A DNA stretch of 60,779 bases. Source: a virus. Its lineage: Duplodnaviria; Caudoviricetes. The stretch is from IMG/VR virus record IMGVR_UViG_3300042982_000029, positions 1 to 60,779 of that record; one strand, written 5' to 3'. Every line of letters begins with the position of its first letter. The stretch's first letter is position 1. The position numbers and the translations under genes were made by a program. This document shows positions 46,332 through 55,203 of the stretch, piece after piece. The notes below the pieces were generated by a model. That model searched no databases, was not told where the DNA came from, and saw nothing but the letters and a program-made list of their open reading frames with translations.

Positions 46332-47554
46332 CGGCCGAATCCAGCCGGCTCGGTCCGGTACGTCTGCTTCGGCGACAGGATCTCCAGGTCGCCGTAGTTC
46401 AGCGGCAGCCACTTGTCCAGCCGGAGCGTCAGCAGGCCAGCGGGCGTCTCCTCGCCCGAGCCGAACCGGAACCACTGCGAACCGGGGTCCATCGCGGGCG
46501 CCTGGATCGCCGTGCGACGGCCGTACGTCACCGCGCTGAAGTGGTGGAAGTGCCCCGACAGCAAGATGTCCGAGCCGGACACCGGTTGGAGCCCGAACTC
46601 CTGGTTCTTCCACCACTCGTGGGCCTTGGCCTGCACCGTCGACCCCTTGCGGAACATGTGCCCGTGAGTCATGCCGACGTGGACGCCGCCGAGCGGGATC
46701 GACATCGACAGCTCTTCGTCCGGGATGAACCAGCGGAGACCCTCCGTGCCGGCGCGTGTAAACGCCTCACGAACGGCCTCAAACGCAGCTACGTCGTCGT
46801 TGTCGCCGGGGTTGGTGAAGGACTTGCCGTCGTGCCTGTTCTCGCCGTGGTTGCCCGCTACCGTCGCGATCACGAACGTCTCGAACAGCGGGTGGATCTC
46901 GTCGATGATGTGGGTGATCAGCTCGCGGGTGATGCGGCCCTGCTCGCGACGCGTACGGTCGACGTTGAACTGCTGCGCCGGGTAGAACCCGATGCACCCC
47001 TCGACCAGGTCGCCCAGGCCCAGCAGGGCGCCGGTGGGCATCTGGCGGCCGATGCGCCGCAGGTCCTTGATCCGCTGCTTGGTCATGTCGACCGCCTCGA
47101 GGATCCGGTCCACGGTCTGGTCGGTGCCGCTGCCGCCCTCGGCCTTCCCGATCTGCCAGTCCGACGCGACGACCGCGAACGCGTCGCCCTCGGTGAACGT
47201 CGGCCGGGTCGCGACCCGGCGCCGGCGGATGTGCTTCACCAGGTCGTCGACGTGCGCCTGGACCGCTGCGGCCGACTCGGCAGCCGTGACACTGAACTTG
47301 AAGTAGTTCAGCCACCGGCCGTCATAGGCCTGCCACTTGCGGAACTGGATCGTGCCCGGGGTGATGCGCCACTCGTCCGGGTCGAACCCGGCGCCGAGGA
47401 GCAGGTCGTGCTCGGTGGCCTTGGGGTTCGGCAGGCGGACGATCGCCGAGCCGACCTGGTCGTGGATCTCGGTGTATTCCTTCCACGCCGCCGGGACCGT
47501 GTCACCCTTGCGGTACGCCGCTTCCAGGTCCTTCTTCAGATCCTCGTCGCTCAT
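46328..47554 (-). CDS. Calcineurin-like metallophosphoesterase (Mre11/SbcD-like)
   Basis: SDWQIGK, LGDLVEG, VAGNHGE, THGH, SGHFHH. Confidence 0.87.
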   Translation of the reverse strand: MSDEDLKKDLEAAYRKGDTVPAAWKEYTEIHDQVGSAIVRLPNPKATEHDLLLGAGFDPDEWRITPGTIQFRKWQAYDGRWLNYFKFSVTAAESAAAVQAHVDDLVKHIRRRRVATRPTFTEGDAFAVVASDWQIGKAEGGSGTDQTVDRILEAVDMTKQRIKDLRRIGRQMPTGALLGLGDLVEGCIGFYPAQQFNVDRTRREQGRITRELITHIIDEIHPLFETFVIATVAGNHGENRHDGKSFTNPGDNDDVAAFEAVREAFTRAGTEGLRWFIPDEELSMSIPLGGVHVGMTHGHMFRKGSTVQAKAHEWWKNQEFGLQPVSGSDILLSGHFHHFSAVTYGRRTAIQAPAMDPGSQWFRFGSGEETPAGLLTLRLDKWLPLNYGDLEILSPKQTYRTEPAGFGR

Positions 47555-47817
47555 GCAGTGTGCCCCTCTTCCCGGTGGCGAGCCACCGTCGGCCTGCCGA
47601 CCAGGACCCCGTGGTCTTGCAGGATGTTCGTCAGCCGGATGATCCCGACCTCGCTGCGGATCCCAGCCCGGATGATGTCGGCCCTTGCCGACGGCATCTT
47701 CTCCAGGATCTCACACAGCTTACACGGCCGGCGCCCTACGGCCCGCTCGGCCGCTACGGAGAGTGCTTGAGCGAGCTGGAAGTCGGCCTCGGTCGCCTTA
47801 CTCCGCTTGGTCGCCAC
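47551..47817 (-). CDS. Small Zn/HTH-like protein
   Basis: CKLC and TVARHREEGH; coupled to the phosphoesterase gene. Confidence 0.6.
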   Translation of the reverse strand: MATKRSKATEADFQLAQALSVAAERAVGRRPCKLCEILEKMPSARADIIRAGIRSEVGIIRLTNILQDHGVLVGRPTVARHREEGHTA

Positions 47818-48091
47818 GCTCGTGGGCCTCCCGGTTCGCGATGTACTGGGCGTCCGACTCCTTCGTCAGGTGCCACCGGTCACAGACCTTGTGGTGGTAG
47901 ACCCGCTTCTCGAGCTGGTCCTCGTCCGCGCCGGCCGAGATGCGCTTCTCGCGGATGTCAGCGAGTGCAGCGGTGGCCTCGGGCTCGGTCTTGTAGCCGT
48001 ACTTGCCGGTCTGCCAGCAGCGACCGGACGGGCGGACGGTGTTGCGGAGCTTCTTGCGCTTGCGCTGTGCGTTGCCGTTCTTTCGTGGCAC
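47798..48091 (-). CDS. Hypothetical protein with C..GK..Y / C..WHLT Zn-like motif
   Basis: AGGAGG RBS; CWQTGKYGY...RVYHHKVCDRWHLT. Confidence 0.6.
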   Translation of the reverse strand: MPRKNGNAQRKRKKLRNTVRPSGRCWQTGKYGYKTEPEATAALADIREKRISAGADEDQLEKRVYHHKVCDRWHLTKESDAQYIANREAHERGDQAE

Positions 48092-48159
48092 GATGACCTC
48101 CTGTAGACTTGGGACAGGCAGCTTGCGCCTGCCGTGGGGCCGCTGGAGGTCCCGCTGTA

Positions 48160-48567
48160 TCAGCGGTCTGTACCTCCGGCGGCCTTCGCTTGCTTGGCCC
48201 GCTCGTCGCGGTCCTTCACAATCTTCTGACGTTCGCTCGCCGTGTAGCCAGCTCGGATACCGTACTGCAGAGTGACGCCCGGCGTCAAGCCCTCCGCGAG
48301 ACATTGCGTGCGGACAGACTGCGGGCAGTCCAGCTTGCAGGCCCACTGGGCGCGCGCCGCGACGGGCGTGTGGGCGGCCACGGCGGCCTGATACTCGGCG
48401 TCGCCGGCCGCTCCGGGGGCGTACTCGGCGCGGATGGGCTCAAACCAGTCATCCGGATGCAGCCGGTTGAGCGACTGATCCGGATGACGGAAGGTGTGCG
48501 TGCAGTTCTCAGGATCCGGGCATCGCAGCCCGACCTGGCATGGGATGGGTTGGTCGGCTCGGCTCAT
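48160..48567 (-). CDS. whiB: WhiB family transcription factor
   Basis: C...PDDWFEP...AQWACKLDCPQSVRTQCL...YGIRAGYTASER (variant of GIWGG..ER). Confidence 0.75.
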   Translation of the reverse strand: MSRADQPIPCQVGLRCPDPENCTHTFRHPDQSLNRLHPDDWFEPIRAEYAPGAAGDAEYQAAVAAHTPVAARAQWACKLDCPQSVRTQCLAEGLTPGVTLQYGIRAGYTASERQKIVKDRDERAKQAKAAGGTDR

Positions 48568-48600
48568 ACCACACAGGGTAGGCGCCGGCTGACAACGGTG

Positions 48601-48897
48601 TCAGCGACCCGGCTGGTCCTTGGGGTCGAGCAGGTCGTGCAGGGCGATGAACTTCTTGCCGAGTGCCCAGGTCCAGAACACCTGAGTGGCCGCGCCGTAC
48701 GCGAGCGCCACCCAGACCAGGAACGGTACGTCCCATCCGCCGCCCCAGATGTAGCCGAGGACCAGGAGCGTGCCAGCGAGGTTGGCCAGGACGATGATGA
48801 AGAAAGACAGGCAGGTCTGGTGCGCCCTGATCTCGGGGTCAGCCTCGATCCGCCTGGTCATCCGGTCGAACGCCTTGCTGAAGTTGCTGTCCGTCAT
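48601..48897 (-). CDS. Two-TM membrane protein
   Basis: GAGGAG RBS; two hydrophobic segments. Confidence 0.6.
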   Translation of the reverse strand: MTDSNFSKAFDRMTRRIEADPEIRAHQTCLSFFIIVLANLAGTLLVLGYIWGGGWDVPFLVWVALAYGAATQVFWTWALGKKFIALHDLLDPKDQPGR

Positions 48898-48979
48898 GTG
48901 GTGTGGTCTCCTCTCGTAGCTCCGCAATCCATCGGTCGATGATGGCGCGGAAGCCGGCGATGATTTCGGTGTTGGTCAG

Positions 48980-49009
48980 ATTCTGCATGAGAGAGGACCC
49001 CAGTGTCAA
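48980..49009 (-). promoter_or_regulatory. SigA-like leftward promoter
   Basis: TTGACA-N18-CAGAAT. Confidence 0.6.
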
Positions 49010-49056
49010 GCGGGCCCGCCGCCCCCGAGGGGCCCTCTCTCAATCGTACGCTTGCG

Positions 49057-50301
49057 TTACTTGGAGTGCGTGATCGTGACGAGCTGCTCGAAGTCGCCCG
49101 ACACCCGGACGTCGCCCATGATCGCCGTGTAGGTGACCGTGTCGCGACCTTCCTTCAGCCGCAGCTTCTTGCCGGCGAGGTCGCCGTCGGTGAATGTCAG
49201 CCAGTACGTGCCGCCCTGGTCCGCCTCGACGTACGCGTTGCCCTTGGCTGTCAGGTATGACGGCTTCCAGACGTGGTTCGCCGGGACGAGCCGGGTTACC
49301 GTCACCTCGACAGGCTTGCGGCGCTCGGACAGCAGGCGCTGCTTCTGCAGCCGCAGGACCTTGGTGATCTTGTACGCGTCGTACCGTGTGTGGCTGGACA
49401 ACTGCAGCTCGCACCAGTGCTTCCCGGCGTCCGCGCCGAACGTGTAGCCCCTGTTGTAGACCACCTCGGACGTCCTCGAGTTGCTGATCGCCACGCCGGC
49501 CCGCTCGGTACGGTGCGTAGCCGTCACGACGTCCCCGACCTCCACGGCCGCCCAGGAGCCCCTGACCTTGTCCGTCACGTCGACGTAGGCCGGCGACTCG
49601 GTCGGCTTGTCCGCACTCGCCAGGTCGGCCCGAAGGTCAGCGCCAGCCGGTGCCTGGTGGTTGCTCGGCGGCTGAACCGGGCGAGGGGATCCTCCAGCGC
49701 CGACGTGGATGTGCGCGCTGCCCCCGTTGCCGCCGCGCCCGCCGACCGCGCCCGGACCGATCGCCACGCCACCCTGGCCGCCTTGACCGCCGAAGGCCCC
49801 GAAGGCGTTCGCGATGTTCTCGTAGAACCCGTCCAGCTTGACGCGCGGGAACTGCCCCGGAGTGTTCTTCGCCTGCCGCAGGTACGACGGGTCCGTGTAA
49901 ACGACCTCACCGACCTGCAACTTGCCGTCCGCGTAGATCCCGCGCGTCTTGACCTGCACTGGCACCTTGTCAGTGCGGCTGATGCCCTCGGCGTGCGGGT
50001 CGCGGTCGACCACCACGCCAGTGATGTGCAGCCCGGCCGACAGGACCTCGTCGCCCTCCCAGAAGTCGCCGGCGAACTTGCGCTGGAGCTGGTCACGGCT
50101 GACCATGCCGCCCGTGTCCTGCTCCGGCAGGGCCACGCGGATGTCCCCGTCCGCGTCAGCCTCGTCGATCACTGTCAGCTCGGCCGCCGCCTTCAGCGCG
50201 CGGTGTGCGTTGGCGTTGATCAGGGTGTCCGAGTCGAACAGGTGGAACCCTGCCTGGCCCCCTTCCTTGACCCGTACGGTGTCGCCTACCTTGATGCTCA
50301 T
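49057..50301 (-). CDS. Multi-domain hypothetical protein (KOW/SH3-like modules, Gly-rich linker)
   Basis: Repeated VGD.V motifs; GAGGAG RBS. Confidence 0.6.
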   Translation of the reverse strand: MSIKVGDTVRVKEGGQAGFHLFDSDTLINANAHRALKAAAELTVIDEADADGDIRVALPEQDTGGMVSRDQLQRKFAGDFWEGDEVLSAGLHITGVVVDRDPHAEGISRTDKVPVQVKTRGIYADGKLQVGEVVYTDPSYLRQAKNTPGQFPRVKLDGFYENIANAFGAFGGQGGQGGVAIGPGAVGGRGGNGGSAHIHVGAGGSPRPVQPPSNHQAPAGADLRADLASADKPTESPAYVDVTDKVRGSWAAVEVGDVVTATHRTERAGVAISNSRTSEVVYNRGYTFGADAGKHWCELQLSSHTRYDAYKITKVLRLQKQRLLSERRKPVEVTVTRLVPANHVWKPSYLTAKGNAYVEADQGGTYWLTFTDGDLAGKKLRLKEGRDTVTYTAIMGDVRVSGDFEQLVTITHSK

Positions 50302-50993
50302 GTGATCTCCTCACCTCGGATGAATTTCTTCAGGTCGTTCCCGGCGACCTTGCCGTTGGCCGCGACCTGCAGGTCGGTCGGCTCGGCGTGGTACTTGCCG
50401 TCGGAGCCGAGCTTAGACCCGCCCGAGCCGCCTGTCAACCGCTCAGGCGCCGGGCGAACCTGGGCGTACTCGAGCTGATAGCCGCCCGCGCCCGCCGAGC
50501 TGTCCTCCTTCTGGCCGGCCTTGGTCCACGGCTTCCGCAGCCACATCGCCGCGAATGACCGGTCGCCGAGCCAGCCGCGTACGAGCACCGAGTCGGCCTG
50601 GCCGTGCTTCGTGAGCACGTCGTCCCCGTCGTCGTCGTTGTGCTCGGTCTGCATCGACCACGGGCCACGGCAGTACGACACCGCGACGTTCCAGCCGTGC
50701 TCCTCGGCGAGCTTCACGACCTGCTTGGCACCGCCCGGCATCACTGTCCCCCAGATGGTCTCGTTCGCCGTGATCAGCGCGGCCGGGTACTCGGGCACCG
50801 GTGGCGGCAGCACGACCTTCTGCGCGGCCTTGTGCGGTGTCGCGGTGGACGGGATGAACCGCAGGTCACCGGCCGCCCGCATCGACCACGACGTGCGGCC
50901 GACGTCGGACAGCCCGGTCCACTGGTCATCCCCGTCCCGGCCGGTCACCTCGACGAAGAGGCGCCGGCCGGCCTCGAAGTCCAGCTCAGCCAT
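50298..50993 (-). CDS. Hypothetical protein
   Basis: GGAGGAG RBS; operon packing. Confidence 0.6.
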   Translation of the reverse strand: MAELDFEAGRRLFVEVTGRDGDDQWTGLSDVGRTSWSMRAAGDLRFIPSTATPHKAAQKVVLPPPVPEYPAALITANETIWGTVMPGGAKQVVKLAEEHGWNVAVSYCRGPWSMQTEHNDDDGDDVLTKHGQADSVLVRGWLGDRSFAAMWLRKPWTKAGQKEDSSAGAGGYQLEYAQVRPAPERLTGGSGGSKLGSDGKYHAEPTDLQVAANGKVAGNDLKKFIRGEEIT

Positions 50994-51322
50994 TCAGCTC
51001 CTCCTCCAGCTCGGCCACGGTGACCTTGAGCGCCTCGATCCTATCGCGCTCCTTGGCCGGGATCCAGCCGCCGATCGCCTCGACCCCCTCGGCGTCGACG
51101 ATGTCCGACTTCATCCACGCGATGCGGTACCGCAGGGCTCGACGAGCCCTGCGGCAAGAGCACCACGGCCAGCAGACGCTCACCGGTACAGCGACGGCCA
51201 GTTGTACGGGTCCGTCGGGTCGAACGGCTTGTTGAACTGCGACCAGTCGATCGGCCCCAGAGTCTTGCGCACGATCAGCCAGATCGCGAGCTCCTCCAGC
51301 GCGAGGACCACGAACGCCCACA

Positions 51323-52213
51323 TCATCGACGGCTCCGACGCAGCACGCCCTTGCCGTCGACGTACACGACGGAGTACTCGGCCGGGTCGAACGTGATCTC
51401 GCCCTCGGAGTTGGGAGCGAACTTCGCGCGGACGTGGTCCAGCCGGCTCAGCCGAGCGGTCTCCTCGGCCTCGTCGACGAACTCCAGCCGGTCGACCGTA
51501 GGCCCCGGGTCGGTGCCCGGGGCCAGCTCGAAGACGTCGTCGACAGCCTCGGTCGCCTCGTGCGCGGCGGTGCCCGGCACGGCCAGGTTCACGCCATCGT
51601 CCCCGCCGCCCAGCTCCTTGCGGACCCACGGCAGCCGGAGATGCGTGGAGCCCCGGACCTTCGACGCAGCGACGTACCCCTGCTCGACCAGGCCAGCCTC
51701 GGCCAGCGCGTCCAGCAGCCGGAAGTACTCGATCTCGCCGACCGGCTTGTCGATGTACAGGTGGTAGTGCCCGGCCGTGCTCGACGGCAGCACCCGCACC
51801 GGGTGATCGATGTCAATCATGACCGTGTGGTAACCAGTCCTGTTACCTTCGGCGTCCACGAGCTCCGACGACCAGGTCTGCGCCCGGCTTAGCTCGGCCT
51901 GTGGGCGCGACACCGGCTGGTTGGGCTCCTCGGAGATCTGGCCCGGCCGGAAGTCCACCGAGTAGTACTTGTGCTGGTACGCCGACAGCTCGTCCAGGCG
52001 CGGCGCGGCCGGCCGCATCGGGCCGAACAGGTCACCCTCGGACCACACCTCGCCGGAGACCTTCACGCCGACCGGCTGGATCCCCGGCTTGCCGTCCGAC
52101 TGGATGTGCGTCTCGCCGGTCACCAGCGGCGTACCGTCCAGGCCGCCGGTCCAGTCGACCTCGTCGAACCCGAAGGAGCTGAGCACCTCGGCCCGCTCGT
52201 TGTTGTCACTCAT
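51323..52213 (-). CDS. Hypothetical protein with AEP-like DxD/GHxH motifs
   Basis: VMIDIDHPVRVLPSSTAGHYHLYID; TGATG coupling. Confidence 0.55.
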   Translation of the reverse strand: MSDNNERAEVLSSFGFDEVDWTGGLDGTPLVTGETHIQSDGKPGIQPVGVKVSGEVWSEGDLFGPMRPAAPRLDELSAYQHKYYSVDFRPGQISEEPNQPVSRPQAELSRAQTWSSELVDAEGNRTGYHTVMIDIDHPVRVLPSSTAGHYHLYIDKPVGEIEYFRLLDALAEAGLVEQGYVAASKVRGSTHLRLPWVRKELGGGDDGVNLAVPGTAAHEATEAVDDVFELAPGTDPGPTVDRLEFVDEAEETARLSRLDHVRAKFAPNSEGEITFDPAEYSVVYVDGKGVLRRSRR

Positions 52214-52439
52214 CAGTAACCTCGCATCCTGCGGCCGTACGCCGCGTCGTCCTCGACTTGCTGCCTGCGCTTCTGCGCCTCGTACGCCGCCTGGTTGCGG
52301 CGCCGGACCTTGATCACGATCCACGCGATCGGCGGGACCAGCAGGATCAGGCCGCCCGTGAGCGGGATCCCGATGATGGCCACCAAGATCCCGAAGATGA
52401 TCAGGCCACCCTTGCAGGCGCTGTGGTCGTCTACCCCGT

Positions 52440-52823
52440 TCAGTTTTCCTCCGTTTCCAGCCCTGCTGAACGCCGAGCTGCGCTGAACATCTCGCGGCAC
52501 GTGGGGCAGATCGCCGGCACGTGAGGCAAGACTACCTGCAGATAATCCATGGCGTCAAGACCCTGCAGACGCAACATCGTAGCGCCGAACGCCACGACCT
52601 CCCAGCCCTCGCCATGGATCCACCGGCCCGGCCGCACCCAGGCGACCTCGAACTCCGAGCCCTCCGGCGGCCGATGCTCAGCGTTGAAACCCCACTCCGA
52701 ATCGTTCGGCACCCACAACGACTCGCCACGCTCGAGCGCCCACACCGGCCGGATCCCGATCATGCCGTGCGGGCGCTGCGCCGAGTAGTCCGGGACGTCG
52801 AACTTGCCGGTAGCCTGGATCAC
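52440..52823 (-). CDS. Hypothetical protein (C-terminal CxxC)
   Basis: GTGA overlap; HG...ICPTC. Confidence 0.45.
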   Translation of the reverse strand: MIQATGKFDVPDYSAQRPHGMIGIRPVWALERGESLWVPNDSEWGFNAEHRPPEGSEFEVAWVRPGRWIHGEGWEVVAFGATMLRLQGLDAMDYLQVVLPHVPAICPTCREMFSAARRSAGLETEEN

Positions 52824-53575
52824 GGGATCTGCTTCCTGGTGACCGTCGGGTACAGGCCCGCGATCATCTTGATGTAGTACTTGTCGTAAGAGTCCAGCGT
52901 GTGGCCCTCGCGCATGATCGATGTGACGCGTGGCTGCGCGTGAGACAGCCCGAACGCGTGGCCCAGCTCGTGCGCCCACACGTCCTGCCACTCGTTGCCG
53001 CCGCCGCACGGGGTCAGCTTGGACCCTGTCACGTTGACCTTGATCATCGGCAGCCCCAGGTAGCCGTCGTCAGCGTACGCGCCGTAGTTGCGCGGCAGCG
53101 TCATGCCGCACGTCGACGGGTTCGCGTTCTTGTCGTGCGTCGTGAACGCGTAGTACGTGATGCGCCGGTTCGCGGGGAAGCCGTGCGCCTTGCACTGTCC
53201 AGCGCCGATGTAGGCCGAGATCAGGATCCGCGAGTCGATCTGGCGGAACAGGTTCGCGACACCGGCCAGCGGTGCGCCCGCGATGCTGGAGTCGATGCAC
53301 ACCCAGGTGCGGCCGTCGGCCAGCGTCGGGAAGCGCCACCCCTGGTACCAGCAGTAGCCGTACGGATTGCCGTCGTTTACACACGACGTGGCGGCCGTCG
53401 CGGCACCGGTCGTCAGGTGCTCGGCGGGAGGCGCGGTGACCGTGACGGTCGGCGCCGGCGTCGGCCCGTAGTCGTCGTGCTGCGGCACGAACGAGATCCC
53501 CAGGAAGTACAGCAGGAGACCGATGATCATCCCCAGGCTGACGTTACGCGCGATGCGCAGTTGGTACTCGGTCAC
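52820..53575 (-). CDS. Membrane-anchored matrixin-like (metzincin) metalloprotease
   Basis: N-terminal TM segment, Pro/Thr linker, HELGHAFGLSH and Met-turn SIM. Confidence 0.82.
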   Translation of the reverse strand: MTEYQLRIARNVSLGMIIGLLLYFLGISFVPQHDDYGPTPAPTVTVTAPPAEHLTTGAATAATSCVNDGNPYGYCWYQGWRFPTLADGRTWVCIDSSIAGAPLAGVANLFRQIDSRILISAYIGAGQCKAHGFPANRRITYYAFTTHDKNANPSTCGMTLPRNYGAYADDGYLGLPMIKVNVTGSKLTPCGGGNEWQDVWAHELGHAFGLSHAQPRVTSIMREGHTLDSYDKYYIKMIAGLYPTVTRKQIP

Positions 53576-53576
53576 T

Positions 53577-53891
53577 TCATGCCTCCCGGCTGGACGTGTA
53601 GTTGAGGATCGCCTGCTCGACCGTGGACCACTCGCTCGCCGAGTTGTTCCAGATCAGGTCGCCGGTCTTGAGCGAGAAGACGTACGAGTAGCCGCCGAGC
53701 CGCCGCACCTCGGCCGCGATGGTGAACCGCGAGTCGCTGCGCTTGAGGACCTTGGGCCGGTAGTTGCCCTTGTGCGTCTTCGTGTGGTTGGCGACGAGCT
53801 GGACGATCGCGAAGCGCCGATTGCTCTCGCAGCGGATGCTCAGTGCGTGCGCCTTGGTCGCGATGGTCTGCGGGATGGTCAGTGTCGGCAT
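53577..53891 (-). CDS. Hypothetical protein
   Basis: AGGAGG RBS. Confidence 0.55.
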   Translation of the reverse strand: MPTLTIPQTIATKAHALSIRCESNRRFAIVQLVANHTKTHKGNYRPKVLKRSDSRFTIAAEVRRLGGYSYVFSLKTGDLIWNNSASEWSTVEQAILNYTSSREA

Positions 53892-53892
53892 G

Positions 53893-54195
53893 TCAGGCCT
53901 CCTGTCCGGGGTAGATGATCTCCAGGATCTTGCCGCGCGGCTCATCGGCCCAGTCGTACGTGCCGTTGTCCTTCGCGATCATCCAGGCCAGCGACTGCGA
54001 CTTGTCGTCGGCCCGGATCCAGATGCCCTCGGCCGTGCGGACGACCGCCTGCTTGTTGTTCGGCACCGACAACCCCGGACGCTGGAGCTCCATGTCGTAC
54101 GCGATCCGGTTGGCCAGCTCGCCGCCGAGTCCCTCTCGCAGGTCGTTGATATGGTCGGTGAGCTCGTCCTGCGTGAGATTCAGGTTGAATTGCAT
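53893..54195 (-). CDS. Hypothetical protein
   Basis: AAGGAG RBS. Confidence 0.55.
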   Translation of the reverse strand: MQFNLNLTQDELTDHINDLREGLGGELANRIAYDMELQRPGLSVPNNKQAVVRTAEGIWIRADDKSQSLAWMIAKDNGTYDWADEPRGKILEIIYPGQEA

Positions 54196-54196
54196 G

Positions 54197-54334
54197 TCAG
54201 TTCTCCTTCAGGTAGCTGTACAGGTCGGATGCGAAGAACGACGCGAGGACGAGAGCGGACAGCGTCCACCCTGCCGTGATCGCGCCGATCAGCGCGACGA
54301 ACGTGGCGATGAAACAGAACCGATCCCAGTTCAC
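54197..54334 (-). CDS. Small membrane protein (45 aa)
   Basis: GGAGGGG RBS; VNWDRFCFIATFVALIGAITAGWTLSALVLASFF; absent from the ORF track. Confidence 0.5.
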   Translation of the reverse strand: MNWDRFCFIATFVALIGAITAGWTLSALVLASFFASDLYSYLKEN

Positions 54335-54337
54335 CGC

Positions 54338-54649
54338 TTACCCCTCCGTCCGCAGGATGGACACGATCGTGTCCAGGATCTCGGCGTAGGTCTCGTTGAG
54401 CGTCGACTGCAGCTCCTCGACCTCGTCGCCCGAGATGTCAGCCTCGTCCGGCTCCGGCCCCCAGGTGTCCTTCCAGACGTAGCTCCCGTAGTCGCCCAGG
54501 ATCGCCTTCTGCGCGACCAGCTTATCCTGGTCGTCCTGCATCTCGTCGTACCGCCGCAGCGCGGCGCGCAGGTCGCCGGCGGAGTCCGTGAGGACCGCGC
54601 CCGCCCGCGTCAGCTTGCCCTGCTCGATCAGGTCCAGAATCGTGCTCAC
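54338..54649 (-). CDS. Hypothetical acidic protein
   Basis: Operon packing. Confidence 0.55.
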   Translation of the reverse strand: MSTILDLIEQGKLTRAGAVLTDSAGDLRAALRRYDEMQDDQDKLVAQKAILGDYGSYVWKDTWGPEPDEADISGDEVEELQSTLNETYAEILDTIVSILRTEG

Positions 54650-54650
54650 T

Positions 54651-54866
54651 TCATGCCTCGCTCACCCAGCGCACACCGATGATGGCGCTGATCAGGTAGA
54701 TGGTTTCCTCGGGAAGGTCGACGTTGACCGCGACGAGCGGTCCCGTCATGAACAGGCTGATCTGGCCGGACACCTTCTCGCCGGTCGACAGCGTCACCTC
54801 GACCACATCGCCGTCCCAGTCGCTCAAGATCGTCGCGATGCTCATCTCACGCACAGGCTCACTCAT
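54651..54866 (-). CDS. Hypothetical protein (Sm/LSm-like pattern)
   Basis: VEVTLSTGEKVSGQI...YLISAIIGVR. Confidence 0.45.
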   Translation of the reverse strand: MSEPVREMSIATILSDWDGDVVEVTLSTGEKVSGQISLFMTGPLVAVNVDLPEETIYLISAIIGVRWVSEA

Positions 54867-55201
54867 CGGGCAGCCAGCCGATCCCGCAGGTAGCCCGCTG
54901 CGGACTCCAGACGCTCGGCGAGCTGCTTCTCAGCCGCGTCGCGGATGCGCTTGGGCGGCAGCATGCCGGGCCGGGGAAGGACACGCGAGTACAGCACGCG
55001 CTTCTTGTCGGTCGCGACGCGGACGATCACGCCCGCCTGCGCGTCCTGGTCGATGTCGGTGAACTCGGTGGGGCCCACGCCGTCGGGCAGGGTGATGCCG
55101 TACTGCCACGACCCGATCGCCGGGTCGTGACCGATCAGCGTGTTGACCTTGCAGCCCAGAGCTCGGAGCTGCGCGATGGGCAGACTCGTCGGGTTCGCCA
55201 T
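54863..55201 (-). CDS. Hypothetical protein
   Basis: AAGGAGG RBS. Confidence 0.55.
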   Translation of the reverse strand: MANPTSLPIAQLRALGCKVNTLIGHDPAIGSWQYGITLPDGVGPTEFTDIDQDAQAGVIVRVATDKKRVLYSRVLPRPGMLPPKRIRDAAEKQLAERLESAAGYLRDRLAAR

Positions 55202-55203
55202 GA

